Of a stretch of 64,000 bases of DNA, positions 38,919-49,013 are shown one piece after another. The notes under the pieces are model-generated. The model searched no databases and was not told the origin of the DNA. It saw only the letters and a program-made list of their open reading frames with translations. The stretch lies in the NCBI GenBank assembly GCA_965223545.1, contig OZ245006.1:6496001-6560000 (forward strand), read 5' to 3'. This DNA is from Planctomycetota bacterium (lineage in GTDB: Bacteria; Planctomycetota; UBA1135; UBA2386). Each line of letters opens with the position of its first letter. The first letter of the stretch is position 1. The translations under genes were made by a program, and so were the position numbers.

Positions 38919-39191
38919 CCAGTCATCGTGCGGGGCAGTCGCACCGGCACTGCGTCGCGGTGCCGCAGACGCCTCAAGAGCAGTCTCAGCGACGGATGTC
39001 GTGGCCCGCGCTCTTGTCGCGAGTGCTGTGTTCACTGCTGCCGGACTCGTCATTCCAGCGCTGCTCCTGCATCACTTGCTTCGCGACGGGGTGCCGGAGT
39101 GGTCGCGCACTGCGTAGACAACCGATGTCAGCTTCGTGCGGGCAATCGCATGGCTCGCGCGCTCCCCGCGCCGGCGTTGCTCACGAGTCGG

Positions 39192-40973
39192 CTACCAACC
39201 CAAGATCGTCGACAAGCGGTTGGAGGCGGAAGCTGGAGCGAGCAATGGGCACGGTCCGGGGGACGGCACCCAAGTCTGCCAGACGATTTCTTGGCCGACC
39301 CAACTCGGGACGCATGCGAGCGGCAGGTTGATCGTCGCTCCGCCGGTGCTGACGCCGAACACCGCGGTCGCGTAGTCGGGCAGCTGCAGCACGCACCCCG
39401 CGCACGGCAGCCCCGGCCCCGGCATCCCCGCGACCAGGAGCCCGAAGGTCGTCGACGGGCCGACGCCCGCGAGCTGCAGCCGAAAGCTCGGGTTGCCCAC
39501 CGCCGCCGGGCTCGGTGCGGTCAGGACGCCGCCAACACCACAGCCACCGCCCAAGTCGGTCACCGGACCGCCACCGAACGCGGCAAACGGCGTGGTGTAG
39601 CCGTGGAACTCCGAGCGCTCGAACCAGATAGGCGGATAGGGCTGCAAGTACGCCGAATTGCACAGCTCGAGCCAGAAGAGCAAGCCGTCTTCGCCGGCGC
39701 CCTGTTGGCCCGATCGTCGCGCAACCGCGACCGGAGCCTGCGGCAGCCTGGTGGGGTTGGACGCCCCGTCCAGAAGTTGGGTGAGCCCACAGCTGCTGCC
39801 GTCCTCCGCGGAACGCACGGTGACCCAGTTTTCGTAGCGGCGGGCTGCCAGGCTGGTCGGCCCCGCAGTGCCGCACCACGAAACAGTGGTCGCCGTTTCC
39901 ACTTGGTAGGTGATGGCGTACTTCGATCCAAGCCACGACACCGAGGGAGAACGTTCGTCGACTCCCGCCACGGCGGCGACGCTCAACTCGGGTGAGGCGA
40001 TCGCGAGCTGATTGCTCGCGGTCAAGTCGACGCGCCGGCACATGATGTTCCGGTCCCCGCCCAGCTCGTGCCGCTCCCACGACACCAAGAACTCCCGGCT
40101 GTTGCCATCGACGTCCGGATTGGTGTCATCCGACAGGGACGAACGCGAGGAAGTCGACACCAAGATCGGCGTGCCGTAGAGGACGGCGCTTCTGGGATCG
40201 ATCAGCGCGGCGTAGACGTCGAGCTGATAGGCCGAGCGGAGCGATGACCATCTCAGGTCGCTCCAGACCACGCAGTGTGCGTACGCGCCGGTCCCGGTAT
40301 CCAGCGCCTTGCTGATCTTGGGCACCGTCGATTGCGAGAGTGCCGTGGTCGAGGGCGCGGTCGAGCTGGCGACGGTGACGTAGGACGCGATTTGGGCGGC
40401 GCCGGTGGTGGTCACGTGGGCTGCTTGGATGCGGCGCTCGTCGCGCCACACGAGGACGGCTTTGTCGCTGACGCCGCTCGGGTCCCCGGCCGCGTCGGCG
40501 CCGAACAGCTTGGCCTGCTGGAACGGGCTCGACACCCCCGTCGCGACCGTGGTCGTCGGCCCGGCCACACTCCCCGTCGCCGGCAGATTCACGGCCTCGA
40601 CCCTGCTCGAGAGGTCGGCGATGTTCCAAGCGATGGCAAAGACTCCGGTCTGCTGCACGTTGCTGACCGAGACCGCCAGGTAGCGCCCGTTCGCCGTTTG
40701 GTGGAGAGTGATCGGGTTACCGAACGGAGTACCGTCCGCCAGAAACCGGAGAGCACGGACGTGGTTGGCGCCCAAGAACGTTGCGTCGTTGTGGGCAGTC
40801 ACCAAGCAGTACAGATTCGAGCTCGCGTCGTACGCGATGTCGCTCAAGACCGTCGACCCCAAACCGCCGAACCAGTGCACCTGGGTGAGCTCGATCGGCG
40901 CCGGGGTGGTTTGGGTCGCGAGGGGTGCGTTGCAGGCGAAGAGCGCGACGAGGAGCGGACCGGTCTTGGGCAT
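39192..40973 (-). CDS. Secreted hypothetical protein with the shared C-terminal domain
   Basis: Signal peptide MPKTGPLLVALFACNAPLATQ; C-terminal LGGGCG...GNPSF...WQTW...SNRL. Confidence 0.75.
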   Translation of the reverse strand: MPKTGPLLVALFACNAPLATQTTPAPIELTQVHWFGGLGSTVLSDIAYDASSNLYCLVTAHNDATFLGANHVRALRFLADGTPFGNPITLHQTANGRYLAVSVSNVQQTGVFAIAWNIADLSSRVEAVNLPATGSVAGPTTTVATGVSSPFQQAKLFGADAAGDPSGVSDKAVLVWRDERRIQAAHVTTTGAAQIASYVTVASSTAPSTTALSQSTVPKISKALDTGTGAYAHCVVWSDLRWSSLRSAYQLDVYAALIDPRSAVLYGTPILVSTSSRSSLSDDTNPDVDGNSREFLVSWERHELGGDRNIMCRRVDLTASNQLAIASPELSVAAVAGVDERSPSVSWLGSKYAITYQVETATTVSWCGTAGPTSLAARRYENWVTVRSAEDGSSCGLTQLLDGASNPTRLPQAPVAVARRSGQQGAGEDGLLFWLELCNSAYLQPYPPIWFERSEFHGYTTPFAAFGGGPVTDLGGGCGVGGVLTAPSPAAVGNPSFRLQLAGVGPSTTFGLLVAGMPGPGLPCAGCVLQLPDYATAVFGVSTGGATINLPLACVPSWVGQEIVWQTWVPSPGPCPLLAPASASNRLSTILGW

Positions 40974-41080
40974 GGCGTGGGAACCTGCGTCAGAGGTCTT
41001 GGAGGCGCGGTGTAGCTTCCGCTCGGAGACTCCGAGCATACGTTGCTCGATTCCGCACGGCCAAGGGGGGCGCTTGGCCG

Positions 41081-41564
41081 GAAGATGGAGAACGGCGAGT
41101 TCCTGGTCACGACCGTCCCGGTGCCTGAGCTCTTCGGTCTCTCACGCTTTCGACGCTTCTTGCACGAGAGTTCGCTGAGCCGGCTGGTGGCCGGAGCCGC
41201 AAGCAATCCCGCCCCGAGGGTCAGCGGCAACTCCCCTGACTCGTTGCCGTTCGCTCCGGTCGCCGAGCAGATCTTCCGCAAGCTCGCGAAGATCAGCGGG
41301 GAGCGCAACCAAGAGTTGGTGCTCGTCTACTTGCCGCGTTTCCACACGCTTCGCCGGGAACCCGTGCCGACGGCGACCTGGCTCGAGAGGTTCACGCGCA
41401 AGGAGGGCATTCCTCTGCTGAGCACACCGAGGGTTTTCGACAGAGCCCTCGCCGGCAGCTCGCGAGCCACTTTCGGCTCCCTGATGACGGCCACTACTCG
41501 CCGCGCGGAAACGCGCTCGTGGCGAAGGCGCTGCTGAAGAAGTTGCGGGTGCTGTCGCCGGACT
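41081..41564 (+). pseudogene. Frameshifted partial copy of the SGNH gene 3' half (matches 32532-33017)
   Basis: Long near-identical stretches with 32532-33017. Lacks the GDS motif and is frameshifted near the end. Confidence 0.88.
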
Positions 41565-41652
41565 GGTTTCTCGTCCGCCGGAGCCCGAGCACCGGGAGCG
41601 GAGTGGCGCGCGGCTCGCGTCCCGCTGCTTCGGCGCGTTGGAACGAACACCG

Positions 41653-41925
41653 CTAGTGCCCATGCACCCACCTTGAGCCTGCCTCGGTGGCGATCACTCG
41701 GGCTCCGGCTGACTCGTTTTTGCGAAACAGCTCAACGCATCGCCATTGCGGCATCGGGCTGCCCTCTTGGTCAACCAAGGCGACATACCCGGCCTCCCAC
41801 ATTCTGTGCAGCACGACGAACGGATCGCTGCCACCCAGACTTCGAAGCAAGTCAGCGACCCAGGTCAATGGTCGCCCATCGGGTTCCTCCTCGATCTGTT
41901 CGATCACCTCGTGTTCGACGATCAC
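41653..41925 (-). CDS. Small hypothetical protein
   Basis: 90-aa ORF with protein-like composition. Confidence 0.45.
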   Translation of the reverse strand: MIVEHEVIEQIEEEPDGRPLTWVADLLRSLGGSDPFVVLHRMWEAGYVALVDQEGSPMPQWRCVELFRKNESAGARVIATEAGSRWVHGH

Positions 41926-42426
41926 GCGATTGTCCAGGTCCTGTCAAGAGGGACCGCCGCAGAGTATCGAACGTCGCAGAGCGTGTCGGCGATCGTCGCG
42001 TTCGTCTAGACAGATGGCGAAGGATCAGCCTGCCTCTTCCGCGGTCCGCCGTGTCTACCGAGGTGTTCTGCGTCCAAGCTGAGTTCGGGCGCACGTTTTC
42101 CTCTGGCTCGCTCAGCGGTCATCCGGGGAGACGGACTTTCCCTCCGACAACTTGCCTGCCACCCCAGAAGACAAGGGCGCCGTGCTGCGCAGCGGCAGGA
42201 CCCTCACGGGGGCGGCCGCGTAGGCCGCCGGAGCGCCGCGCAACAGCCTCCATAGGCTCGCCGGCAGTGACCCGGCCCACTGGGCAGGTCGAGGCCGCCC
42301 AGGCCGGCAACGCGCGCGGGGCGTGCGACCTTGACGCGCTCTCGACCACGGTATCGCTCGATTCGGCCGCGCGCTTCGGCAGATTGGAGCCGGCCCGGGC
42401 TGCAGGGCTCGACCCGCCGAACAACA

Positions 42427-42472
42427 TGGTGGGCAGGGGCGGATTTGAACCGCCGACCCCAGCATTTTCAGT
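42427..42472 (-). tRNA. 3' half of tRNA-Phe(GAA): att-site duplication, not a complete tRNA
   Basis: Minus strand reads ACTGAAAATGCTGGGGTCGGCGGTTCAAATCCGCCCCTGCCCACCA: anticodon loop GAA, T-arm GGTTCAAATCC, CCA end. The 5' anticodon stem and D-arm are absent. Confidence 0.88.
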
Positions 42473-42575
42473 CCCCGCCGCCGAAGCGATGCTGCCGCAT
42501 GGGTGCCTCAGAACTCTCTGCACGCCAGCTGCTTGCATCTCACCGCCGACGTGATGGCGGCAGCGCCCATGTGCA

Positions 42576-42623
42576 CTACTGGGGTTACTTGGGCTACTCA
42601 AAGTAGCCCAGAAAGTAGCCCAG
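42576..42623. repeat. AAGTAGCCCA direct and inverted repeats; putative integrase arm-type sites
   Basis: GGGCTACT-caa-AGTAGCCC inverted pair and AAGTAGCCCA twice (42601, 42613), about 100-150 bp inside the att site. Confidence 0.55.
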
Positions 42624-42796
42624 CCTGTGCGGCCACTTGTCGCGCCTGCCATTCGGCATGAGTGCGTTAAGAAAACTTCGCGAGCCGCCACCGTTTCCTC
42701 GAGCCGTGCGGTCGAGTTTGGCGTGGCGGCGCGCACCCGGCTTGGCCTCGACCGGCGACGTCGAACGACAACCGATGTTCGAGATCGGGAAGTCGT

Positions 42797-43056
42797 CTCG
42801 AGCTTGCGCTCGAGGCCCGTTCTGTCCAGCCCTCGTTCCCCCGGTCGAAGGCTCCGACGCAACGGGTCGCGCCAGCGATGAACGACGGTGGGACCGCAGG
42901 GCGATGAGGAGGGGCGACATCGCTGTCACGCCCCCTTGCTGAGTCTTCGCCTACGCCCTCCTCCACGAGGACAGGACGCTTTCGCCCCGGTGGGCGGCGG
43001 ACCGGTTCTTCGCTGCGGGTGAGAGAACCGGACCACCACCCACTCGGGCCGAAAGC
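42797..43056 (+). repeat. About 260-bp structured repeat, copy 1
   Basis: Aligns with 44503-44763; long hairpin 42978-43056 (GCTTTCG...CCGGTTCT/AGAACCGG...CGAAAGC). Confidence 0.88.
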
Positions 43057-43107
43057 GATCGCAGGCGGATTCAACGGTGGTGGTTGCAACAAGAACAGGG
43101 GGACGGA

Positions 43108-43301
43108 TGAGCACCACGACCAAACCACCACAACTCACGAGCGAAGCAGCATGGGAGCTCGCCATCGAGTACTTCCGCGACTGGGACACGCAAGACCTTC
43201 GCGAAATCGCTGAGCTGGCACTCGTCGACGACTACCTCGCCGAGGCCGACGTGTTCGAAGAAGACTGGGCGATGGTCTTCGGCGAAGGGAGGCAGTCATG
43301 A
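43108..43301 (+). CDS. Small acidic hypothetical protein
   Basis: MSTTTKPPQL...; ATGA overlap with the methylase. Confidence 0.5.
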
Positions 43302-43960
43302 GCCTCTACGCGAAAAACGACACCATGACTTCGGTAGTCTCCTACCCGAGACGCTGCAGCGCCTGGGGAGACCGGCGGTTTCACGGCAACTGCGATGGGA
43401 CACTCTTCAAGGACCTGGTTCTTCGCTACCGGCCTCGTCGGGTTGCAGACCCCATGATGGGCTCTGGCACGACACGAGATGTCATCGAGGGGCTTGCGCG
43501 AACCACTGGTGCGCCTGCCCTCGACTACTGGGGGAGCGACCTTTCAGCCGACTTCGACCTACGCAACGGCCCTCTACCCGGCGCATTCGACTTCATCTGG
43601 GTGCATCCTCCCTACTGGAACATCGTCCGCTACAGCGACGACCCTCGGGACCTAAGCGCTATCGACGACTACGGCGAGTTCGTCGACGCGCTCCAGGTCT
43701 CCCTTGCTCGGTGCGCAAGCGCACTTCGCCCAGGTGGGAGGCTTGCTGTTCTCATCGCCGATGTCCGTCGGCGCGGCGTGTACTACCCGCTTGGCCGCGA
43801 AGTTCTTCGAATGGAGTTCTTGGGAGAGCTTGCCTCGGTCATCGTGAAGCACCAGCACAACTGCCGGTCCGATGCGAAGACCTACGGCCATATGCAAGAA
43901 GTGCCCATCAAGCACGAATACTGCTGCATCTTTCGAAACACGGGGCGAGCCGGCGCGTGA
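43298..43960 (+). CDS. N4/N6 DNA methyltransferase-like protein
   Basis: DPMMGSGTT SAM-binding motif and HPPY catalytic motif. Confidence 0.8.
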   Translation: MSLYAKNDTMTSVVSYPRRCSAWGDRRFHGNCDGTLFKDLVLRYRPRRVADPMMGSGTTRDVIEGLARTTGAPALDYWGSDLSADFDLRNGPLPGAFDFIWVHPPYWNIVRYSDDPRDLSAIDDYGEFVDALQVSLARCASALRPGGRLAVLIADVRRRGVYYPLGREVLRMEFLGELASVIVKHQHNCRSDAKTYGHMQEVPIKHEYCCIFRNTGRAGA

Positions 43961-43962
43961 AC

Positions 43963-44394
43963 CTAACCTTTTTGGGCTGAGTTCGGCCCGAGGGCTTCGC
44001 TTCGAGCGAGATGCAGGAGGTCGCCCCGGGTCTCGAACTCGGGCCTCGCGAGCACCTGCTTCCACCGGTTGCTGATTCCCTGAAGCAGCTTGCCCTTCGC
44101 CTTTAGGCGCCGCTCAACCTCGGCCTTGGCCTGGTTTTCGTCTTTCGGACCATTTCGAAGTTCGCTTCGAAGCTCCCCGACAACGTCCGCGGTCGTCACG
44201 CCCCGCCCCGTGCTTCGGGCCGCTCGCTTTGCCCCTGAGCTCGCTGGCTTCTGGCCGGTTAGTGCTGCGAGGCCCCGCTCCACGCGCAGGCGCTTCTCTT
44301 CCACCTCTGCCAGTGCGCTGCGAGCTCGCTCAGCCTGTTCACCAAGGCGGACGTACTCCTGGCGAAGCGCATCAACGTGTTCTTCGAACTCCAT
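43963..44394 (-). CDS. Hypothetical coiled-coil protein, possibly DNA-binding
   Basis: N-terminal heptad pattern and basic C-terminal domain. Confidence 0.55.
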   Translation of the reverse strand: MEFEEHVDALRQEYVRLGEQAERARSALAEVEEKRLRVERGLAALTGQKPASSGAKRAARSTGRGVTTADVVGELRSELRNGPKDENQAKAEVERRLKAKGKLLQGISNRWKQVLARPEFETRGDLLHLARSEALGPNSAQKG

Positions 44395-44502
44395 GAAAGC
44401 GAGTAGGGTGAGCGCAGCGGCGTCGCTTCGCTTTTTGCGCGCAAACGGCGAGACAAGCGCGTCGAGCCTCGAATCGGGACCCGTGTGAACCGGGCCAGGG
44501 GA

Positions 44503-44763
44503 CTCGAGCTGGCGCTCGAGGCTGCGTCGTGTCCAGCCCTCGCTCCTCCGGGCTGCAGGCTTCGCCGCAACGGGTCGCGCCAGCGGTGCGCGCGTCTCAA
44601 ACTCGCTTCGTGATGGAGGAGGGCACCGCTGTCACGCCCCCTTGCCAGGACTTCGCCTGTGCCCTCCTCCGCGAGGACAGGAAGCTTTCGCCCCGGTGGG
44701 CGGCGGACCGGTTCTCCGCTGCGGGTGAGAGAACCGGACCACCACCCACTCGGGGCCGAAAGC
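44503..44763 (+). repeat. About 260-bp structured repeat, copy 2
   Basis: Aligns with 42797-43056; hairpin 44684-44763. Confidence 0.88.
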
Positions 44764-44824
44764 ACTTTAGCTCTTCGAGATCCGAGCAGGCGGGGGTGGT
44801 TCCCAAGACCAGATGGAGGACACC

Positions 44825-45682
44825 ATGCCAGACGACAACCCCAGTCGAGCCCGCCAGCAGACGAACCAGGAACGCCGAAACTCGAAGGCGGCCGAAGCTG
44901 CGGAACGCATCGAACTAGCTCTTTCGAGTCTTGCCGAAGACTTGGATTCTGGACAGAGCGCAACGCTTGCCGCCTTCTTGCAGGCGATGGGGCGTTTTCA
45001 CCGATACAGCTTGCGAAACGCCATGCTCATCCAAGCTCAGCGCCCCGACGCGACTCGGGTGGCGGGGTTCGGCACCTGGAAGAAGCTCAGGCGATTCGTG
45101 AAGAAAGGTGAGAAGGGAATCGTCATCGTAAGCCCCATCGTCGCCGCCAACGACGACGATGCCGACTGCGACGAGGTTCGGGGTTTTCGCGCCGCGCACG
45201 TCTTCGACATCTTGCAGACTGACGGCGAACCGCTTCCAGAAACAGAATGTGTCACCGGTGACCCTGGCGAGGCGACGAACCTCCTCAAGAGCTTCGCGGG
45301 CCGCCGCGGAATCGATGTTCAGCACTCGCCACTCCTCGGGACCGCTGACGGTGCTTCCAACGGTGGCCGCATCGAGCTTCGTGAAGGACTTGAGCCCGCC
45401 AAGGAATTCGCCGTTCTGGCGCACGAGCTTGCGCATGAACTCCTTCATCGCGGCCCCGAACGTCCGGACCTTACGGTTCGAGAAACCGAAGCTGAGGCGG
45501 TCGCCTTCTCGGTGTCGCATGCCATCGGCCTCGACACCGGTTCTTCCGCGACCGACTACATCCAGCTCTACCGAGGCGACAAGGAAACGCTTCTAGGCTC
45601 GCTGGAGCGAGTCCACGACGTCGCGTCGGAGTTGCTCCAGTTCCTCACCGATGCGCCGGAGGCGAGTGCGGCGGCCGCGTGA
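44825..45682 (+). CDS. ArdC-like ssDNA-binding antirestriction protein with metallopeptidase-like domain
   Basis: FHRYSLRNAMLI..QRPDATRVAGF.TWK...VKKGEKGI, VFDILQTDGE, HELAH and ETEAE motifs. Confidence 0.88.
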   Translation: MPDDNPSRARQQTNQERRNSKAAEAAERIELALSSLAEDLDSGQSATLAAFLQAMGRFHRYSLRNAMLIQAQRPDATRVAGFGTWKKLRRFVKKGEKGIVIVSPIVAANDDDADCDEVRGFRAAHVFDILQTDGEPLPETECVTGDPGEATNLLKSFAGRRGIDVQHSPLLGTADGASNGGRIELREGLEPAKEFAVLAHELAHELLHRGPERPDLTVRETEAEAVAFSVSHAIGLDTGSSATDYIQLYRGDKETLLGSLERVHDVASELLQFLTDAPEASAAAA

Positions 45683-45823
45683 GCGTTGGCCCATCGGAAA
45701 GAGCGCCCGCATCCGATAGCTGAGAGAGCGCAATCGGATGACCCAAGTCGCTGTGGCATCTGGATTTGACGAGGAATCGAAGCGAGGAATGTCGGAGATC
45801 CACGCGGATGCAGGAAGCGCTCG

Positions 45824-46474
45824 GTGGAGCGGCGCCACTACTCCCTCGCGGTGGGTTCCCTTCGCGAACGTGACCGAGTGTTGCTCGAACTCCTGGCCCG
45901 GTTCACGCGCGTTCTGTCGGTTGGACAGGTCAAAGAGATCGCGGGCTCCGAACGAGCCGCCAGGCGCTGGCTCGCGCGGCTCGAAAGGGAGAGCCTTGTT
46001 GAGCGCTACCAAGTGGTCGCAAGACCTCTGGCTCCTCCCCGTTGCATTTTTCGCTTCAACCCCGGTGACCCGGAGCCGGACTTTCGAAAGCTAAGCCAAG
46101 CGCTTTGCGATAGACATCGCGGGCACGGACGAACGGTTTCGGTAGCGAGGCTTTCCGCAACGGGCGCAAGACTCTTTGGGCTTCGGAAGCAGCCGCGCCG
46201 CGTCCGGGCGAGCGAGACAACCCACGACCTTCAGCTTGCGAGTGTCGCCCTTGCCCTTTGGCACTCGGGCTCGGTTCGCCGCTGGCGAACTGAAGACGAA
46301 CTCCACGGCGAGTGGTACGGCGTCCTGCCGGACGCAGAAGTGACTCTTCGAACCGGGGAGCGCTTCGTTCTCGAAGGAGGCGGTGCCTACAGCGCAGCGA
46401 AACTCGCTCACTTCCACGAACACGTTGCTCCAGAACTGGAAGAGAGGAGGTTCAGCTCCTATGCCATCTGCTAA
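45824..46474 (+). CDS. Replication-relaxation (Replic_Relax-like) family protein
   Basis: LRERDRVLLELLARF.RVLS..Q wHTH; HDL; W.TE; LPDA nuclease-like motifs. Confidence 0.7.
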   Translation: MERRHYSLAVGSLRERDRVLLELLARFTRVLSVGQVKEIAGSERAARRWLARLERESLVERYQVVARPLAPPRCIFRFNPGDPEPDFRKLSQALCDRHRGHGRTVSVARLSATGARLFGLRKQPRRVRASETTHDLQLASVALALWHSGSVRRWRTEDELHGEWYGVLPDAEVTLRTGERFVLEGGGAYSAAKLAHFHEHVAPELEERRFSSYAIC

Positions 46475-47141
46475 GCCAGGTCCAGAGGACATGCGCTGCC
46501 TGGACGTTATCCAGAGGCTTGAAGTCGTAACGCGCGCGCTTCTGCAACACGCCCTTTCGGGGAAAGACCCGAACAACATCCTTGGTCGGCTGAAGGGACG
46601 AGTGGACTCAGTTCCTGCCGTCCTGCCGTCGCGGATTTGCTATTACACCCCGGCTCCCGCGGTATCACTTGGGCCTCAGGCGCTTCGCGAACGGCTCATG
46701 ACGGCATGGTTCGTCCTGACATCTAAGAAGCACCACCGAGCGAAACTCAAGAAGCCGGAGCTGCAGGCACTCTTTGGCCCGCAAGCGCCTTCGGGCACGC
46801 ACGTACTGGAAGCCAGTCCGGGCTCACAGCCCCGAGTTCTCCAGGTATACGCACCGCAGACTGCGGATGTCGCAAGAGGCATCATGCGGCACTACGACAA
46901 GGCGGCATCTCTTCCGCGAGTGCAGCAGGCCATCATGTCGCGAAGGTTCGGATTCGCCATTCTTCTTCCCTGGACTTCGGACCAGAAAAAGCCACTCGTT
47001 CAGGCGTTACACGGGAACCCGCCGACAAAGGCGCTTGAGCCAGTGTCCGATCTTGCCGCCGAGTCCTTCTTCCGAGTGGAACGCGCTGCTACACCGGAGA
47101 CGCTCCAGATCGCTTCCGCTTCACTTCAGAATAGGCCATGA
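46461..47141 (+). CDS. Hypothetical protein in the mobilization operon
   Basis: Overlaps the flanking genes in operon fashion; start uncertain. Confidence 0.55.
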   Translation: MPSAKPGPEDMRCLDVIQRLEVVTRALLQHALSGKDPNNILGRLKGRVDSVPAVLPSRICYYTPAPAVSLGPQALRERLMTAWFVLTSKKHHRAKLKKPELQALFGPQAPSGTHVLEASPGSQPRVLQVYAPQTADVARGIMRHYDKAASLPRVQQAIMSRRFGFAILLPWTSDQKKPLVQALHGNPPTKALEPVSDLAAESFFRVERAATPETLQIASASLQNRP

Positions 47142-48574
47142 ACTGGGTTCCAAACGCTGCCTTCACGCAGCCCGAGCGTGTCTTCGAACTCGTGATGGAT
47201 GAGCTGCGCGCCCGCCGAATCAAGGACATGCTCTACCTCGGGTTTACCGAAGCTGGTGCATTGTTCTTGCCAGCGTCGGCCTTGGATGCGCACGCGTACT
47301 GTCTTGGTGGAACCCGGTCGGGTAAGTCCTGCAGAGCCCTCATGCCGCTGCTTGCGCAGATGATTCGCTGGGGAAAGCGAGTGTGGCTTATCGACTGCAA
47401 GCCGGAGCGAGCCCTGTGGCCCCACCTACAGGCGGAGGCACAACGCGCTGGCCGCAAAGCAACCATCTTCTCCCTGTACCCCGGAGGGCCGCCAAGCGAC
47501 TTTGAAATCGATGTGTTCGCGGACCTGCACGGTCGGTCGCCGCAAGAAGTGTCAAGCCATCTCGTATCCGCGCTCCAGCTCGATGGAGCCAAGGAGCAGT
47601 TCTTTTCTGACACTAACCGAACGTGTCTTTCGAGCGGCCTTGGAGCACTTCGAAAGAAAGGAGGGCCACCCAGCTTCGAACGCTTGGCCCCCGAACTTGT
47701 TCGCCTCAAGACCGCGTTCCCCCATGCCCAGCACGTGCGCGACGTAGTCAGTAGTCTAGCGAGCGAGCCGATGTTCAACCCGCGCAAGCGGCCGAGGTCG
47801 CTCGAAGAAGTCGCAGCGAGCAACGAGATCGTCTACTTTTGTGTTCCCATCTCGAGCGAGAAAGGAAACGTCGGGAAGGCTGCCGCAAACCTCATCCTTC
47901 GCCTTGCGGCGCTGTCTCAGCGCGATGCGGCGATGCGCGGCCAAGATCGAGAGAGGCTGTTCTTGGCAGTCGACGAGTTTCAAGGAATCTCCGATGCGCA
48001 ATCGGTGCGAAACGTCCTCGCGGAAGCTTCAGCGCATGGCGTTTCCCTTCTCCTCTCCCACCAGACGAAGGACCAGGTCCAGGATAGAGCACTTGCCGGA
48101 TTGCTGCGTCAGGTAGGTCTCATCGTCGACTTCTCGCCCATCGAAGACGAGTTTTGGCTGAAACGAAGCGGACAAGTTTGGAGAGATGTTCCCGTTTGGG
48201 GCGGCGACGACGAATTGGTTTCCGTGCGCGAGCAGCTTGAGTATCGGTTCGACTACCGCGACTTGAACTTCGCGACCCGAACCCCAGGCATGGCCGTTGT
48301 GGATAGCCCGCACGCTGCGGCGGAGCTCGAGCTACCCCAGGTCGCCTTCCTCCCGTATCACGTCAGCGCGGCTGAGGCGAAGCACCGGGAAACTCTATTT
48401 CGCACTCCGGTGAGCCTGCCTGCCGTGAGCTCGCGGCTTGCGAGACGCCCGCAGCGAAAACCTGCTTCTTCGTCGAAACCGGCGGCGAAGCGCGCGCCCA
48501 CACATCGCTCGGATCCGCTTCTTCAGCTCTACGAGCAGCTGAAGCGCGAAACTCTGCTGGCGCCTATCCTTTAG
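47138..48574 (+). CDS. Type IV coupling protein (TraD/VirD4-like ATPase)
   Basis: Walker A GGTRSGKS, LIDCK, Walker B LAVDEFQ, and LLLSHQT..Q. Confidence 0.8.
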   Translation: MNWVPNAAFTQPERVFELVMDELRARRIKDMLYLGFTEAGALFLPASALDAHAYCLGGTRSGKSCRALMPLLAQMIRWGKRVWLIDCKPERALWPHLQAEAQRAGRKATIFSLYPGGPPSDFEIDVFADLHGRSPQEVSSHLVSALQLDGAKEQFFSDTNRTCLSSGLGALRKKGGPPSFERLAPELVRLKTAFPHAQHVRDVVSSLASEPMFNPRKRPRSLEEVAASNEIVYFCVPISSEKGNVGKAAANLILRLAALSQRDAAMRGQDRERLFLAVDEFQGISDAQSVRNVLAEASAHGVSLLLSHQTKDQVQDRALAGLLRQVGLIVDFSPIEDEFWLKRSGQVWRDVPVWGGDDELVSVREQLEYRFDYRDLNFATRTPGMAVVDSPHAAAELELPQVAFLPYHVSAAEAKHRETLFRTPVSLPAVSSRLARRPQRKPASSSKPAAKRAPTHRSDPLLQLYEQLKRETLLAPIL

Positions 48575-48576
48575 CG

Positions 48577-48860
48577 TGGCCATCAAGTTCCAGTTGAAGA
48601 ATCGGAATCCCTATCGGCTGCTCGGGATCTCATCCCAGGCCTCAACGAGAGAGGTCGCCGCTCGCCTCAAGCAGCTTGAGGCACAGGGATACATCGACGA
48701 AGCAAACCGTCTTCGCCACATCCTGCTCGATACCGAGGAGCGCTACCTCCACGCCTGCATCCAGAACGGCCTCGGCCTCCATTCTCTGGCTGAGTGCACC
48801 CCGTTCGAGCGAGAAGACGCGGTGCACAGGAGTTGGTGGGCGAAGATCCTTGGGTCGTGA
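48577..48860 (+). CDS. Small J-domain-like protein lacking HPD
   Basis: NPYRLLGISSQAS.REV resembles DnaJ helix I. Confidence 0.45.
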
Positions 48861-49013
48861 TGAAGGCCAGTGATTCTCGTCGAGTTCGCGGAAGCGCCGG
48901 GGCCGCGCCTGGCCTACACCCCCTCAAACCAACTTCTCCTCTTGCTGCGCTCGCGCGGCCAGCGGATTCGCCGCTGGTCACCAGAACGCCAGCACTAGAA
49001 AAGGAGAAGTGCC

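Noticed and set aside
42427..42500. Complete tRNA (including a possible tRNA-Sec)
   Set aside because: The anticodon is GAA (Phe) and the 5' half is missing, so it is an att fragment.
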